Shown one piece after another: positions 39,988 to 50,352 of a stretch of DNA of 64,000 nt (position 1 is its first letter; the number at the start of each line of letters is the position of its first letter). Where the stretch lies: contig CAVVOP010000022.1 in the NCBI GenBank assembly GCA_963749915.1, positions 576,001-640,000 of the forward strand. The letters run 5' to 3'. The position numbers and the translations under genes were made by a program. The notes under the pieces are model-generated. The model made no database searches. It saw nothing but the letters and a program-made list of their open reading frames with translations, and had not been told where the DNA came from. The stretch is from an uncultured cyanobacterium (GTDB taxonomy: Bacteria; Cyanobacteriota; Cyanobacteriia; Cyanobacteriales; Cyanobacteriaceae).

Positions 39988-42900
39988 TTAATTTTTATTT
40001 GATTTTTGCTGCTGTTGATAGAGGTAAAAATAACGTCCTTTCATAGCCATCAATTGACTATGAGTACCCGTTTCCACCACAGAACCACTATCCATAACTA
40101 CAATTATATCTGCATTCTGAATAGTGCCTAAGCGGTGAGTAATAAATAATACCGTGCGATCGTGAAAAGCATGAATTAAGTTTTGGCATACTTGAGCCTC
40201 GGTGTTGTAGTCTAAAGCACTGGTGGCCTCATCCAAGATTAACATTCTCGGATTTTGTAACACAGAACGAGCGATAGCAATTCGTTGTCTTTGTCCCCCA
40301 GATAAAGAAGCACCCCTTTCCCCGACTCTGGTGTTATAACCATTGGGTAAATTCATGATAAAGTCATGAGCAACGGCTATTTGAGCCGCCTCGATAATTT
40401 CTTCGGTGGTGGCATCAGGATTAGTTAAGGCGATGTTTTCTAAAATAGTGCCATCAAATAATAGACTTTCTTGAGGTACTACCCCAATCTGTCTTCGTAA
40501 AGAATATAACTCTACTCTATTAACGTCATAACCATCAATCAAGATACGTCCGGATTCAGGCTCATATAATCGAGAAATTAGCTTTGTCATGGTACTTTTA
40601 CCAGCACCACTTTCCCCCACAATACCCACGAATGTACCCGCAGCAAACTCGAGACTAACGTTATTTAATTGTAAAGGACCATGGGGTTTAAAACGAAAAC
40701 AGACGTTATCATATTTCAACGTACCTTGAATCAAGGGCATTGGAATATTATCCCGATCTTCTTCCGCTTCTTGAGGATGATCCACAATATCCGCTAAACG
40801 TTCGAGAGAAAGGGCTGTTTGTTGGAAATTTTGCCATAATTGGGCAAGGCGTAAAATAGGTGAAGTTACATAACCAGAGATAATACGGAAAGCGATTAAT
40901 TGCCCTAAAGTTAAGTCTCCTTGTAATACTAGATAAGCCCCAACCCACAATACTAAAAGTTGGGATAATTTGTTGAGAAAGTTACTAGCCGAACCGGCTA
41001 AAGTTTGAGTAATAACGGTTCTGAATCCCGTACCCACATATTTAGCATAACGCTCTTGCCACTCCCAACGGGATCTTAGTTCGATATTTTGGGCTTTGAC
41101 TGTTTGAATCCCTGTCATAATTTCCACCAGGTGGGATTGAGTTTCGGCGTTACGTTCGGCTTTTGCTCGTAATTGACGACGGATAAGGGGAGAAAAAACT
41201 AGGGTCAAAATCACAAAGATAGGGATAATACCCAAAGCCACAAAGGTTAATAAGGGGCTATAAACGAACATGACCACAATATAAATAACGGAGAAAATGG
41301 CATCTAAAACCACGGTTAAAGCAGTCCCCGTCAAAAATGATCTAATATTTTCTAACTCATTAATACGGGTAGAAATTTCCCCTACAGGACGCTTTTCAAA
41401 ATATCTAAGGGGTAGTCGCAAAAGGTGGTCGATAATATCTGAACCCAAAGCCATGTCAATGCGGTTGGTGGTATCCACAAAGGAATATGTCCGCAAAGTA
41501 CTTAAAATAGCTTCAAATACCGCTAAAACTACTAAGAAGATTCCCAAAACTTGCAAAGTATCAGGACTATTTTGCACAATTACCTTATCAATGATAATTT
41601 GAATCATTAAAGGATTGGCAAGGGCGAACAGTTGTACGAAGAAAGAAGCAATGAATACTTCTATCAACATCCACTTATATTTAATTAAAGAGGGAACAAA
41701 CCAACTTAAACCAAATTTTTCCTGGGGGGTTTCTTTAGTTTGCTTGAGTAGTAAAACTTTTCCTTCTTGTCCCCAGATTTCTAGAAAGTCGTTAGTTTGA
41801 TATTCTTTTACTCCTGAAAGGGTCGGATCTGCCACGACAACGGTTTTATCACTGGTTGCATAGACAATAACTAAAGAATCGGACAATTTAGTTAAAAAAG
41901 GTCCTTCTAAACGTCCAAAGGCCCCAGCAGGTACTCCTATCAATTGAGCATTTAAGCCGATTAATTCTGTAATTGCCCCACAAATATCGAGGGATAAACG
42001 TCCATTTCGTTGGACTTGTTCTTTGATAATCCGAACTAATACTTCCCCCCTGTAGGGCATTTTATAGTATTTACTTAACATGCGCATACAAGCAATACCA
42101 ACATCGGCCTCCGTGTTACCACCAAAAAAAGGATAATTTTTCAGAGGTTTTTTACTTTCGATGCCTAAAGAATTGGGTTGTCGCTGCAATATTGTCGGAT
42201 CGGCTACGGGAATTTCTTCCCTATCCATCAACACCGATGGCGTAACGGTGGGAATGGGATCATTTTTTGAGGAAGAATCTTCGGACCAAACATCCTCTAT
42301 TTCCTCTTGTTCAATGGTTGTGAAGGCATTTTCGGATTGGTGTATTTCTTGATGTTCAGGTAATTGTAGGGAAACAAAACGGCAGTCAGTTTCAAGGGTT
42401 AAACTACTGTCTAACAGTATTTCTGAGCCTATTTCGAGGTTTTTGATGGTACCGCTACTTAATACCCAAATTTGATTTTCTGGGGGTGGTGGTAGTTTTT
42501 TTTCTTTACCTGAAGATAAATTATAGACTTGAGCATTCTCAATGGCTTGTTTGGCTAATTCTTTGAGATTTCCTTCCCCAGTGGCGCGGTGGGTGAGTTG
42601 ATAACCTAATAAATCAAAGACTTCGATTAAACCTGCCTGATTCTGATAATATTCTTTAACCGATGGGTTTTGATTGACCAATTCTAAAAATTTTTCTCTG
42701 TCTAGGGTTAAAGCTATTACCTCCGTTGATGCGATCGCCGTTTCACAAGGAAAACCTCGAATTAAACCTTCCCAACCGATAACATTACCATTACTAAGCA
42801 ATTGTAAACTTACGGGCAGACTATTTCGAGGGTCATAAGCAATACAACGGGCTTGTCCCTCATAGATAATGGCAATATAAGGAGGAATTTTTTCTTTAAT

Positions 42901-43035
42901 AAGCATAATTTGCCCCATTTCATACTTGAGGGGTTGAAAATGCTGAGATATTTCTTGAATGGTAGTTTGTGGTAGTTGTTTAAAAGGTGTAACCGTAGAG
43001 AGAAATTCCCCTACAGAACTAACTGTATAGACCAT
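39988..43035 (-). CDS. HlyB-type T1SS ABC transporter with cNMP-binding-like and C39-like domains
   Basis: N-terminal cNMP-like domain, degenerate C39 (ADVGIACM), TMD, GESGAGKST, LSGGQRQR. Confidence 0.9.
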   Translation of the reverse strand: MVYTVSSVGEFLSTVTPFKQLPQTTIQEISQHFQPLKYEMGQIMLIKEKIPPYIAIIYEGQARCIAYDPRNSLPVSLQLLSNGNVIGWEGLIRGFPCETAIASTEVIALTLDREKFLELVNQNPSVKEYYQNQAGLIEVFDLLGYQLTHRATGEGNLKELAKQAIENAQVYNLSSGKEKKLPPPPENQIWVLSSGTIKNLEIGSEILLDSSLTLETDCRFVSLQLPEHQEIHQSENAFTTIEQEEIEDVWSEDSSSKNDPIPTVTPSVLMDREEIPVADPTILQRQPNSLGIESKKPLKNYPFFGGNTEADVGIACMRMLSKYYKMPYRGEVLVRIIKEQVQRNGRLSLDICGAITELIGLNAQLIGVPAGAFGRLEGPFLTKLSDSLVIVYATSDKTVVVADPTLSGVKEYQTNDFLEIWGQEGKVLLLKQTKETPQEKFGLSWFVPSLIKYKWMLIEVFIASFFVQLFALANPLMIQIIIDKVIVQNSPDTLQVLGIFLVVLAVFEAILSTLRTYSFVDTTNRIDMALGSDIIDHLLRLPLRYFEKRPVGEISTRINELENIRSFLTGTALTVVLDAIFSVIYIVVMFVYSPLLTFVALGIIPIFVILTLVFSPLIRRQLRAKAERNAETQSHLVEIMTGIQTVKAQNIELRSRWEWQERYAKYVGTGFRTVITQTLAGSASNFLNKLSQLLVLWVGAYLVLQGDLTLGQLIAFRIISGYVTSPILRLAQLWQNFQQTALSLERLADIVDHPQEAEEDRDNIPMPLIQGTLKYDNVCFRFKPHGPLQLNNVSLEFAAGTFVGIVGESGAGKSTMTKLISRLYEPESGRILIDGYDVNRVELYSLRRQIGVVPQESLLFDGTILENIALTNPDATTEEIIEAAQIAVAHDFIMNLPNGYNTRVGERGASLSGGQRQRIAIARSVLQNPRMLILDEATSALDYNTEAQVCQNLIHAFHDRTVLFITHRLGTIQNADIIVVMDSGSVVETGTHSQLMAMKGRYFYLYQQQQKSNKN

Positions 43036-43228
43036 GATTGATAATTTTTAAGCTATTTTGATCGTCAATAAAATAATGATTCTAATTCAAATAAATATGG
43101 TCAATTATAACTTTAAATCTAAAATATATAGTGCTGTTGTCAGAACTCCTAACTTAGAATTCATATTAAGTACTTATTCAAAAACAATAGTTAATTTTAG
43201 ATTTAATTCCAGTTTAATATGAACCCCT

Positions 43229-43987
43229 TTATATATTTTCCTTCACTGTTTCTCCCGGAATGTTGAATTTTACTTCTTTTTGGATGTTTTCATTCAACCA
43301 TGTATTGAATAACTCATCGAGTAATCTTCTTTTCATATTTTGATCTAATTGGGCGGCTAAATACTTTTCTAACCTTAAAATAACAATCCATTCACCGATT
43401 CTCATGGGCGGTAATACTTGCCCTGGTTGAGACGTCATAAGTTTTTGAGCTATTTCGGGATGAGGGACTGTTAATTCTACGGGTCCAATTAATCCGCCAG
43501 TTTCAGCTTCCGCACCTTGAGAATGTTGTCTTGCTAACTCAGCAAATTCTTTTTCTCCTTCACTGATACGAAAATATAATTCTTGTGCCTGTCCAGGGTT
43601 TTTTGTTCTGATTAGAGAATAAATTATTTTGTCTAGTTGCCTCTTTCTTTTTAAATAGTAAGACTCGATTTCATTACCCCAAGTTTGTTCTTTATATTTT
43701 TCCAGTTTGATGCCTCTTAAAATTATTTGCTGTAATTGTCCCCTCGTCAAATAGTTTCTTTCTAGCCATATTTGTAACTTTTGCGGTTCATTGGGATTGA
43801 GTTGCATTTGCGTGAAAAACTTTTGTTCCGCCATGGCTGTTTCTTCTGGGGTACATTGAATTTCTGCGATGGCCTGATCTAAAATAATTTCTTTTGCTAG
43901 AAGGGAGATCATTTGTTTTTCAGCTAATAGAGGGAAGATATTTTCTGGGGTAAGAACAATATCGCCAACTTGTAAACTAGGATTCAT
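43229..43987 (-). CDS. PpiC-type peptidyl-prolyl isomerase associated with the T1SS
   Basis: FAELARQHSQG.E..TGG.IGP rotamase motif. Confidence 0.85.
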   Translation of the reverse strand: MNPSLQVGDIVLTPENIFPLLAEKQMISLLAKEIILDQAIAEIQCTPEETAMAEQKFFTQMQLNPNEPQKLQIWLERNYLTRGQLQQIILRGIKLEKYKEQTWGNEIESYYLKRKRQLDKIIYSLIRTKNPGQAQELYFRISEGEKEFAELARQHSQGAEAETGGLIGPVELTVPHPEIAQKLMTSQPGQVLPPMRIGEWIVILRLEKYLAAQLDQNMKRRLLDELFNTWLNENIQKEVKFNIPGETVKENI

Positions 43988-44139
43988 AAATAATAATCAA
44001 TAAACATAACATCAAATACTATAACAATGAACAATTAATAATTAACAGTTAATTTTCTTTTGGTTTTCCATTCTTCCAGATTCTATCCTTCCGTATCCAC
44101 CTGTTCTCTTGTATTTTTTTTATATATCCCAAACAAATA

Positions 44140-44157
44140 TTTACATTTATTTATAAA
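44140..44157 (+). promoter_or_regulatory. HLR1-like RpaB site upstream of glgA
   Basis: TTTACATT-TA-TTTATAAA, one mismatch to consensus. The region is AT-rich, so a chance match is possible. Confidence 0.4.
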
Positions 44158-44221
44158 ATCACGAAGTTTTGATATAAAATGTATCAATTTGCAAAGAAAA
44201 ACTAAGAGGTAAAAGCTCTCT

Positions 44222-45697
44222 ATGTATATTGTTCATATTGCTTCAGAGTGCGCACCTGTAATCAAAGCAGGGGGATTAGGGGATGTAGTCTATGGGTTAA
44301 GCAGAGAAATCGAAAATCGAGGTCATAGTGTAGAAATCATTTTACCTATGTATGATTGTATGCGTTACGATCACATTTGGGGTTTACATGATGCCTATAA
44401 AGATTTATATGTACCTTGGTACGGTGGTGTTATTCATTGTTCCGTTTTTTGTGGTTGGGTACATGGTAGACTCTGTTTCTTTATTCAACCCCATTCAGGG
44501 GACAATTTCTTTAATCGAGGCTGTTACTATGGCCAAAATGATGACAATATGAGGTTTGCTTTTTTCTCGAAAGCGGCTTTAGAGTTTCTTTTCATAACCA
44601 ATAAGCGCCCTGATATTATCCACTGTCATGATTGGCAAACGGCTTTAGTACCAGTTATGTTATATGAAATGTATAAGTGGCATGGTATGGCTAATCAACG
44701 GGCTTGTTTTACAATCCATAACTTTAAACATCAAGGAATTTGTGGTTCTGAAGTTTTATGGGCTACGGGATTAAATAATGATCCTTACTATTACAGTTAC
44801 GATCACTTAAGAGACAATTTTAATCCTTTTGCTCTCAATATGATGAAAGGGGGTATTGTTTATTCCAACCATGTTAATACTGTTTCTCCTCACCATGCTT
44901 GGGAAGCAAGATATAGCGGTGTTAGTTATGGTTTGGGTCATACTTTAGAACTTCATAACTATAAATTTAGCGGTATTCTCAATGGTATCGATTATAATAT
45001 CTGGAATCCTGATGTAGATACTTTTACCCCTTACCATTACAACATCGATGATATTAGTGGAAAGGACAAAAATAAACAAGCCTTAAGAGAAAGACTCTTA
45101 TTAAAAGACGATCAAAAACCCATCGTTGCCTACATTGGCAGACTAGACTATCAAAAAGGAGTCCAGTTAGTCCATCATGCCTTATACTATTGTCTTCATC
45201 ATAACGCCCAATTTGTTCTCTTAGGATCGGCGACAGAACCCTCTATTAATAACTGGTTTTGGCATGAAAAATACAATCTCAATAATAACCCTGATTGTCA
45301 CTTGGAATTAGGCTTTAATGAAGAGTTAGCCCATTTAATTTACGCTGGAGCCGATATTATTGTAGTACCTAGTGATTATGAACCCTGTGGTCTAACTCAA
45401 ATGATTGGTTTAAAGTACGGTACTGTACCCGTGGTCCGTGGGGTGGGCGGTTTAATAGATACGGTTTTCGATAAAGATCATGATCAAAATCATGATGAGG
45501 AGGAAAGAAACGGATTTGTCTTCTATCAAACAGATCACCATGCCTTAGAATCTGCATTGGAACGGGCAATTGGATTATGGCATCATTCCCCTAAAGAGTT
45601 TGAGAAATTGCAAAAACAAGGGATGAGTTATGATTATTCTTGGAAAAATCCGGGTCAAAAGTATATAGATCTTTACGAATTTTTACGTCATAAATAG
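44222..45697 (+). CDS. glgA: Glycogen synthase
   Basis: KAGGLGDV, HCHDWQ, EPCGLTQ, GGLIDTV. Confidence 0.95.
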   Translation: MYIVHIASECAPVIKAGGLGDVVYGLSREIENRGHSVEIILPMYDCMRYDHIWGLHDAYKDLYVPWYGGVIHCSVFCGWVHGRLCFFIQPHSGDNFFNRGCYYGQNDDNMRFAFFSKAALEFLFITNKRPDIIHCHDWQTALVPVMLYEMYKWHGMANQRACFTIHNFKHQGICGSEVLWATGLNNDPYYYSYDHLRDNFNPFALNMMKGGIVYSNHVNTVSPHHAWEARYSGVSYGLGHTLELHNYKFSGILNGIDYNIWNPDVDTFTPYHYNIDDISGKDKNKQALRERLLLKDDQKPIVAYIGRLDYQKGVQLVHHALYYCLHHNAQFVLLGSATEPSINNWFWHEKYNLNNNPDCHLELGFNEELAHLIYAGADIIVVPSDYEPCGLTQMIGLKYGTVPVVRGVGGLIDTVFDKDHDQNHDEEERNGFVFYQTDHHALESALERAIGLWHHSPKEFEKLQKQGMSYDYSWKNPGQKYIDLYEFLRHK

Positions 45698-45700
45698 TCA

Positions 45701-45743
45701 ATTATAATTAACAATTAACAATTAACAATTAATAATTAACAAC
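45701..45743. repeat. STRR-type heptamer array (TAACAAT)n; similar arrays near 28704 (GAATGCA) and 59734-59804 (TAATAGG, TCAATTC)
   Basis: Tandem 7-mers directly visible. Confidence 0.8.
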
Positions 45744-45817
45744 AGAGTATCCGATTAATTAATAGACTTTATATATATGTCATTTCTCTGAGATTCTTCG
45801 CCCTCCAACAATAAAAA

Positions 45818-45836
45818 GGGTGAGCACTGCCCACCC
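45818..45836. repeat. REP-like hairpin GGGTG(A/G)GCA-N-TGCCCACCC
   Basis: gggtgagcactgcccaccc between the convergent glgA and psaL genes. Confidence 0.6.
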
Positions 45837-45983
45837 CGATCATTGTTTATTGTTAATTTGTCTATGATTAATTACTATGGGATATTACGCACTCCAGGTC
45901 CAAAACCCTTAGCATTTCCTTTCCCACTGATGGCTGAAACTATAAAATCTTGTTTAGCTACATAACCTCAGTGATTATGATGA

Positions 45984-46466
45984 CTAAACACCCCCAGCAA
46001 CTTGAATTAAAGGTTTTAAGAGGGGAGTTTCGCATAGGAAAAAGGCAAAGAAAGCACCACCACAAGCACCTAATAAGAAACCACCGGCAAATTCGCTCCA
46101 ACCTTCTTTGGTAGCTAAGTCCATCGGTACATTAGGAGTAGTAAGAGTTTCACTTGGTTTGCCAACGCCTACAGCACCATAGATAGATAAACAAATGGTC
46201 AGAATAGAAACTAAACCAATAGTTGCTAATAAACCAGCTGTAGGTCCATATTCCGATAAACGGAGAGGTCCTAATACTGCGAAAGGTCCGTATAATAAAT
46301 AACCGTGTGCCATGCCCACTTCTAATCCACGACGATTCGGAGATAAACCCTGGCGGTATGCGGGTAAAGCGTTGATAAAGGCTTTAGTAAAAGCAGATCC
46401 GTTTACGGGAGTAGAGAGATTTCCTACTTGAGGATCGCCACCTGATTGAATTACATCCATACTCAT
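45984..46466 (-). CDS. psaL: Photosystem I subunit XI
   Basis: DPQVGNL.TP, LPAYR.GLS, GLEVGMAHGY, GWSEFAGGF. Confidence 0.97.
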   Translation of the reverse strand: MSMDVIQSGGDPQVGNLSTPVNGSAFTKAFINALPAYRQGLSPNRRGLEVGMAHGYLLYGPFAVLGPLRLSEYGPTAGLLATIGLVSILTICLSIYGAVGVGKPSETLTTPNVPMDLATKEGWSEFAGGFLLGACGGAFFAFFLCETPLLKPLIQVAGGV

Positions 46467-46652
46467 TGACTTCTATGTAATTTCCTTAAAATTTTGATCA
46501 AATAATTGACTATTTGTAGCTTAACTTTAACTTGATCGGACTCAGAGAGAATTTTTTTGTTAAGAATCTTTATATTTAATCTTTTTTGGTCAAGGTTCGC
46601 AGTAATATCCTTCTAGGTTAATTTTATTTTTTAGTATAGGAACATATCAATC

Positions 46653-46769
46653 ATGCTTGGAGAATACGCCGCTTCTTTTTTACCGATGATTTTAGTACCT
46701 GCTGTTGGTTTAGTTATGCCCGCGGTGGTTATGGGATTATTATTCTTACAAATCGAAAGCGAAGCCTAA
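46653..46769 (+). CDS. psaI: Photosystem I subunit VIII (below the ORF-track size cutoff)
   Basis: Hand translation [38 protein letters not shown]; divergent from psaL. Confidence 0.93.
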   Translation: MLGEYAASFLPMILVPAVGLVMPAVVMGLLFLQIESEA

Positions 46770-46897
46770 TTTTAACAATGAACAATTGACAATGGATAAG
46801 GGACACTGGGAGATTAGGAGACTACAAAAAACGTTTACTTTTGTCTGTTCCCTGTTTCCTGTTCCCTTTTTTTACTATCAACCATCAACGATTATGA

Positions 46898-48571
46898 ATG
46901 ACCACTGAAAATATTTACGGTAATCTTCAAGGTTTAAAGCCTAGTCAACTTAAACAGTTACAAAAACTTTATTATCAACGTATCAGAAGCGATCGCCTGA
47001 CCACTACAGAATTTGCCGAAAGAATCGCCGCTATTAGTACTGACCTTAAGCAGCCCGTGTGCGTGTATTTAAACCGCCGAGGACAAGTGATTAGGGTGGG
47101 AGTTGGGACTCCCCGTCAAACTCAAATTCCTCCTTTAGAATTGCCCCGTTATGGTATGGAAAGACTATCCGGCATTCGTTGTTTAGCTACCTCATTAAAA
47201 TCTTCTCCCCCCAGTGAGGCTTGTTTAACGGCGATGGCACGGCAGAGATTAGACGCTCTGGTGCTGCTTACTTTAACGGGAAGCGGCGTTATCCGTAAAG
47301 GAGGGGGAGCAAGGGGTTTTATTGAGGACACTTATGTAGCCCATTTATTGCCGGTTCAGGAGAATGAAGCCTATTGGGAAGTGTCCCTACCACAAGAAAT
47401 CGAGGACATCGCCGAGCAGGATTTTCTGGATTTGGTGGACAGTTTGGAAACGGAATTTAGTCGAGAATTTATCGCCCAGGATGTTTCCTCCCAAGAGGAT
47501 AGGGTCTTATTGGTGGGGTTGATGACGGCAAATATGACGGAGCAAAAATTTGAGGATAGTTTACAAGAGTTAGCTTTATTGGTGGATAGTGCCGGTGGAA
47601 AGGTCTTGGCTACCATTGAGCAAAAACGCTCTAGGCCTCACCCACAAACCTTGGTAGGTGCGGGAAAAGTGGAAGAAATTGCTTTACAGGTACAAACTTC
47701 AGGTGCGAATTTAGTGGTATTCGATCGAGAATTGTCCCCTGGTCAAGTGCGTAATTTAGAGTTACAATTCGGTGTTAGAGTTGTCGATCGTACAGAGGTA
47801 ATTTTGGATATATTTGCTCAACGGGCACAATCGGGAGCGGGTAAATTACAAGTAGAATTGGCTCAGTTAGAATATATGCTACCTCGTTTGACCGGTAGAG
47901 GATTAGCTATGTCAAAGTTAGGAGGTGGTATTGGTACAAGAGGACCCGGGGAGACTAAACTGGAAACAGAAAGACGGGCAATCCAAAAACGCATTAACAG
48001 ACTTCAGCAAGAAGTTAATCAGTTACAATCTCATCGATCCAGATTGAGACAACAACGACAAAAACAAGAAATTCCTTCGGTGGCGATCGTGGGTTATACT
48101 AATGCGGGAAAATCCACTTTAATTAATGCCCTTACTAACGCGGAAGTTTACACCGCCGATCAACTTTTTGCAACCTTAGATCCCACTACAAGAAGACTAA
48201 CTATCACCGATAATACAGGAGAGTCTCGCACAATTTTATTGACGGATACCGTGGGTTTTATCCATGAATTACCCCCTCAATTAGTAGATTCTTTTCGGGC
48301 GACATTAGAGGAAGTAACAGAAGCCGATGCCATGTTGCACGTGGTCGATTTATCGCACCCCACATGGGAAAGTCACATTAATTCGGTGAAGACGATTTTA
48401 GCCGATATGCCTTTAGCACCGAATAGGTCGTTAATCGTATTCAATAAGATAGACAAAGCCGATAGTGACCAGTTAGAAATCGCTAAAAAAAATTATCCCC
48501 AAGGGGTGTTTATTTCGGCACAAAAACGTCTAGGTTTAGAAACCTTGCGCAGTCGTCTAGTGAGTTTTTAA
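46898..48571 (+). CDS. hflX: GTPase HflX (long cyanobacterial form)
   Basis: GPGETKLE, GYTNAGKST, LFATLD, DTVGF, NKID. Confidence 0.95.
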   Translation: MTTENIYGNLQGLKPSQLKQLQKLYYQRIRSDRLTTTEFAERIAAISTDLKQPVCVYLNRRGQVIRVGVGTPRQTQIPPLELPRYGMERLSGIRCLATSLKSSPPSEACLTAMARQRLDALVLLTLTGSGVIRKGGGARGFIEDTYVAHLLPVQENEAYWEVSLPQEIEDIAEQDFLDLVDSLETEFSREFIAQDVSSQEDRVLLVGLMTANMTEQKFEDSLQELALLVDSAGGKVLATIEQKRSRPHPQTLVGAGKVEEIALQVQTSGANLVVFDRELSPGQVRNLELQFGVRVVDRTEVILDIFAQRAQSGAGKLQVELAQLEYMLPRLTGRGLAMSKLGGGIGTRGPGETKLETERRAIQKRINRLQQEVNQLQSHRSRLRQQRQKQEIPSVAIVGYTNAGKSTLINALTNAEVYTADQLFATLDPTTRRLTITDNTGESRTILLTDTVGFIHELPPQLVDSFRATLEEVTEADAMLHVVDLSHPTWESHINSVKTILADMPLAPNRSLIVFNKIDKADSDQLEIAKKNYPQGVFISAQKRLGLETLRSRLVSF

Positions 48572-48655
48572 GGTTTTGTAAAAATAAAAGGTTCTTTCAG
48601 ATTAACTGTGCTTTACTTCAAATTGATTTTAATTGTTGGGGATGTTGAACACCAA

Positions 48656-49033
48656 TTATTCTTCTTCCGTCGAAGGGTTCTCTTTGGGAGTTATACGGTT
48701 GATTAAATTAATCAGGTTATCCCCTTTTTCTAATGAAGAATCTTCCACAAAGCGAATTTCTGGAGTATGACGCAGACTGATTCTTTTGCCCAAACTTCTT
48801 CTTACAAATGAGGTACAGGCTTTTAAGCCTTCCATAGTTTCGTGTTTAGCACTATCTGTGCCGTAAATACTAACAAAAACTTTTGCGTGTTGCAAATCTC
48901 CTGAAATCTCTACTTCAGTAATACTAACCATACCCGCCCCCACTCTGTCATCTTTAATTTCACTAATCAACATTTGACTGATTTCTCTTTTAATTAAGGA
49001 TGATACTTTTTCCACACGACGACTATTTGCCAT
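48656..49033 (-). CDS. rbfA: Ribosome-binding factor A
   Basis: [24 protein letters not shown]. Confidence 0.95.
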   Translation of the reverse strand: MANSRRVEKVSSLIKREISQMLISEIKDDRVGAGMVSITEVEISGDLQHAKVFVSIYGTDSAKHETMEGLKACTSFVRRSLGKRISLRHTPEIRFVEDSSLEKGDNLINLINRITPKENPSTEEE

Positions 49034-49138
49034 TATTTTTCCGTAATAAACGCCCCAATGAGTAATAATGAGTTCCGATATTTATCCTTTTTCTCGAAAT
49101 ATTTGACTATATTATTTGACTATATTTTTATGGAATCT

Positions 49139-49351
49139 TTATGAGACTGGATTAATCCCCAACATGGCTTTGAGAGTGAAGTAGAGAAACAAAAAACTAC
49201 CGATCAGTAACCCACATACAGCAGTGGCTGTTAAGGGATTTTTAAACAACGGTTTAATTTGTTCCCACAAAAAAAAGAATATTCCTAAAATCAAACTCAC
49301 CATGTAGCGAGGATAACGCAACACATTTTCCCAAAAACCTTCCGTTTCCAT
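49139..49351 (-). CDS. DUF751 family membrane protein
   Basis: FWENVLRYPRY...TLKAMLG; ATG at 49351; upstream of rbfA. Confidence 0.8.
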   Translation of the reverse strand: METEGFWENVLRYPRYMVSLILGIFFFLWEQIKPLFKNPLTATAVCGLLIGSFLFLYFTLKAMLGINPVS

Positions 49352-49425
49352 AGTTGATAAGTCTTTAATTTTTCTAATAATCAATATTTGTAATATTTAG
49401 CTTAGCATGAATAATCATCAGTAAT

Positions 49426-50217
49426 TTAATGATTATTTTCGTGAAAATCGATAGGTATAGGTAAATCAGGCACAGAAATAAAATCAATCAAACCTAATTG
49501 AATATAAGGTAACATCAATTTTGTCATTTTCACAATATCTTGGTTTAACTGTAAGCTCAAATCCCGCAAAGTATTTTTCCCATTAAACAACTTAATCATC
49601 ATTTGAGAAGTTTTCGGCGAAGTACGTTGTTTAAGTTGATCTGGTTGTCGAATAAAAGGACAATCATTGGGAAAACGATCAGCTAATTTTGCACCTTGCC
49701 ATTGTTGCCATCCTTGCCATGCTTCTACAATAACCTGATCGGCATCAATAAATACTAATTGAGTGGAGAAAGATTGAGACATCTTCAACTGAAAGACAAT
49801 CTCCATAGCCTGAGTAACATCAAATAAAATTTCTATAACCATAGAACGGATAATTTGATTTAGTTGTTGTCTAGTAACTTCCTGATTTTGTAACCAATAG
49901 TTTAATAATTCATATTCCCAACATTTCTGAAAACTATCTTGTTGAAACAGATTAGTATCAATTGACGGTAAATAAGTAATCAACGCCGGGGCAAATCTAG
50001 TTATATTTCTTGTCCATCTTCTTACAGGATGTCTTCCTCCAGTGGCATAGATTATTCGACCCAGATAAAGATAAAAGGTCCATTGTTCACCTTTTGCCGA
50101 ACCAAATATCAACTCTCCTGTAAACTGTGGTTGTTTGAGAGTCTGAAATAAATTAGATTGCTTTGTCCCAACAAATTCTCGGATAGGAATTTTAGGAGAT
50201 TGACTAGATTCTGTCAT
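49426..50217 (-). CDS. PatA N-terminal (PATAN)-like domain protein without a receiver domain
   Basis: FTGEL...W..YLYLGRI.YATGG.HP.RRW and TLRDLS...L.PYIQ.GLI; ends before any REC domain. Confidence 0.75.
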   Translation of the reverse strand: MTESSQSPKIPIREFVGTKQSNLFQTLKQPQFTGELIFGSAKGEQWTFYLYLGRIIYATGGRHPVRRWTRNITRFAPALITYLPSIDTNLFQQDSFQKCWEYELLNYWLQNQEVTRQQLNQIIRSMVIEILFDVTQAMEIVFQLKMSQSFSTQLVFIDADQVIVEAWQGWQQWQGAKLADRFPNDCPFIRQPDQLKQRTSPKTSQMMIKLFNGKNTLRDLSLQLNQDIVKMTKLMLPYIQLGLIDFISVPDLPIPIDFHENNH

Positions 50218-50352
50218 TACTACAATTTAGATTCAGTGATTAGGTTACTTAAATTGATTTTAGATTAACGGTTATGATGGAATAAAATTTACTTAAACAT
50301 TCTTTAGTTTATCCTTAATTCGACCAAGATTCTAGAACTATTTTAGGGAGTT

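Noticed and set aside
38151..43987. Bacteriocin/RiPP export cluster
   Set aside because: The C39 catalytic Cys is absent and there is no double-glycine precursor or modifying enzyme nearby.
45870..45972. Possible ncRNA or IS end between glgA and psaL
   Set aside because: I could identify no second copy, convincing fold or matching inverted repeat.
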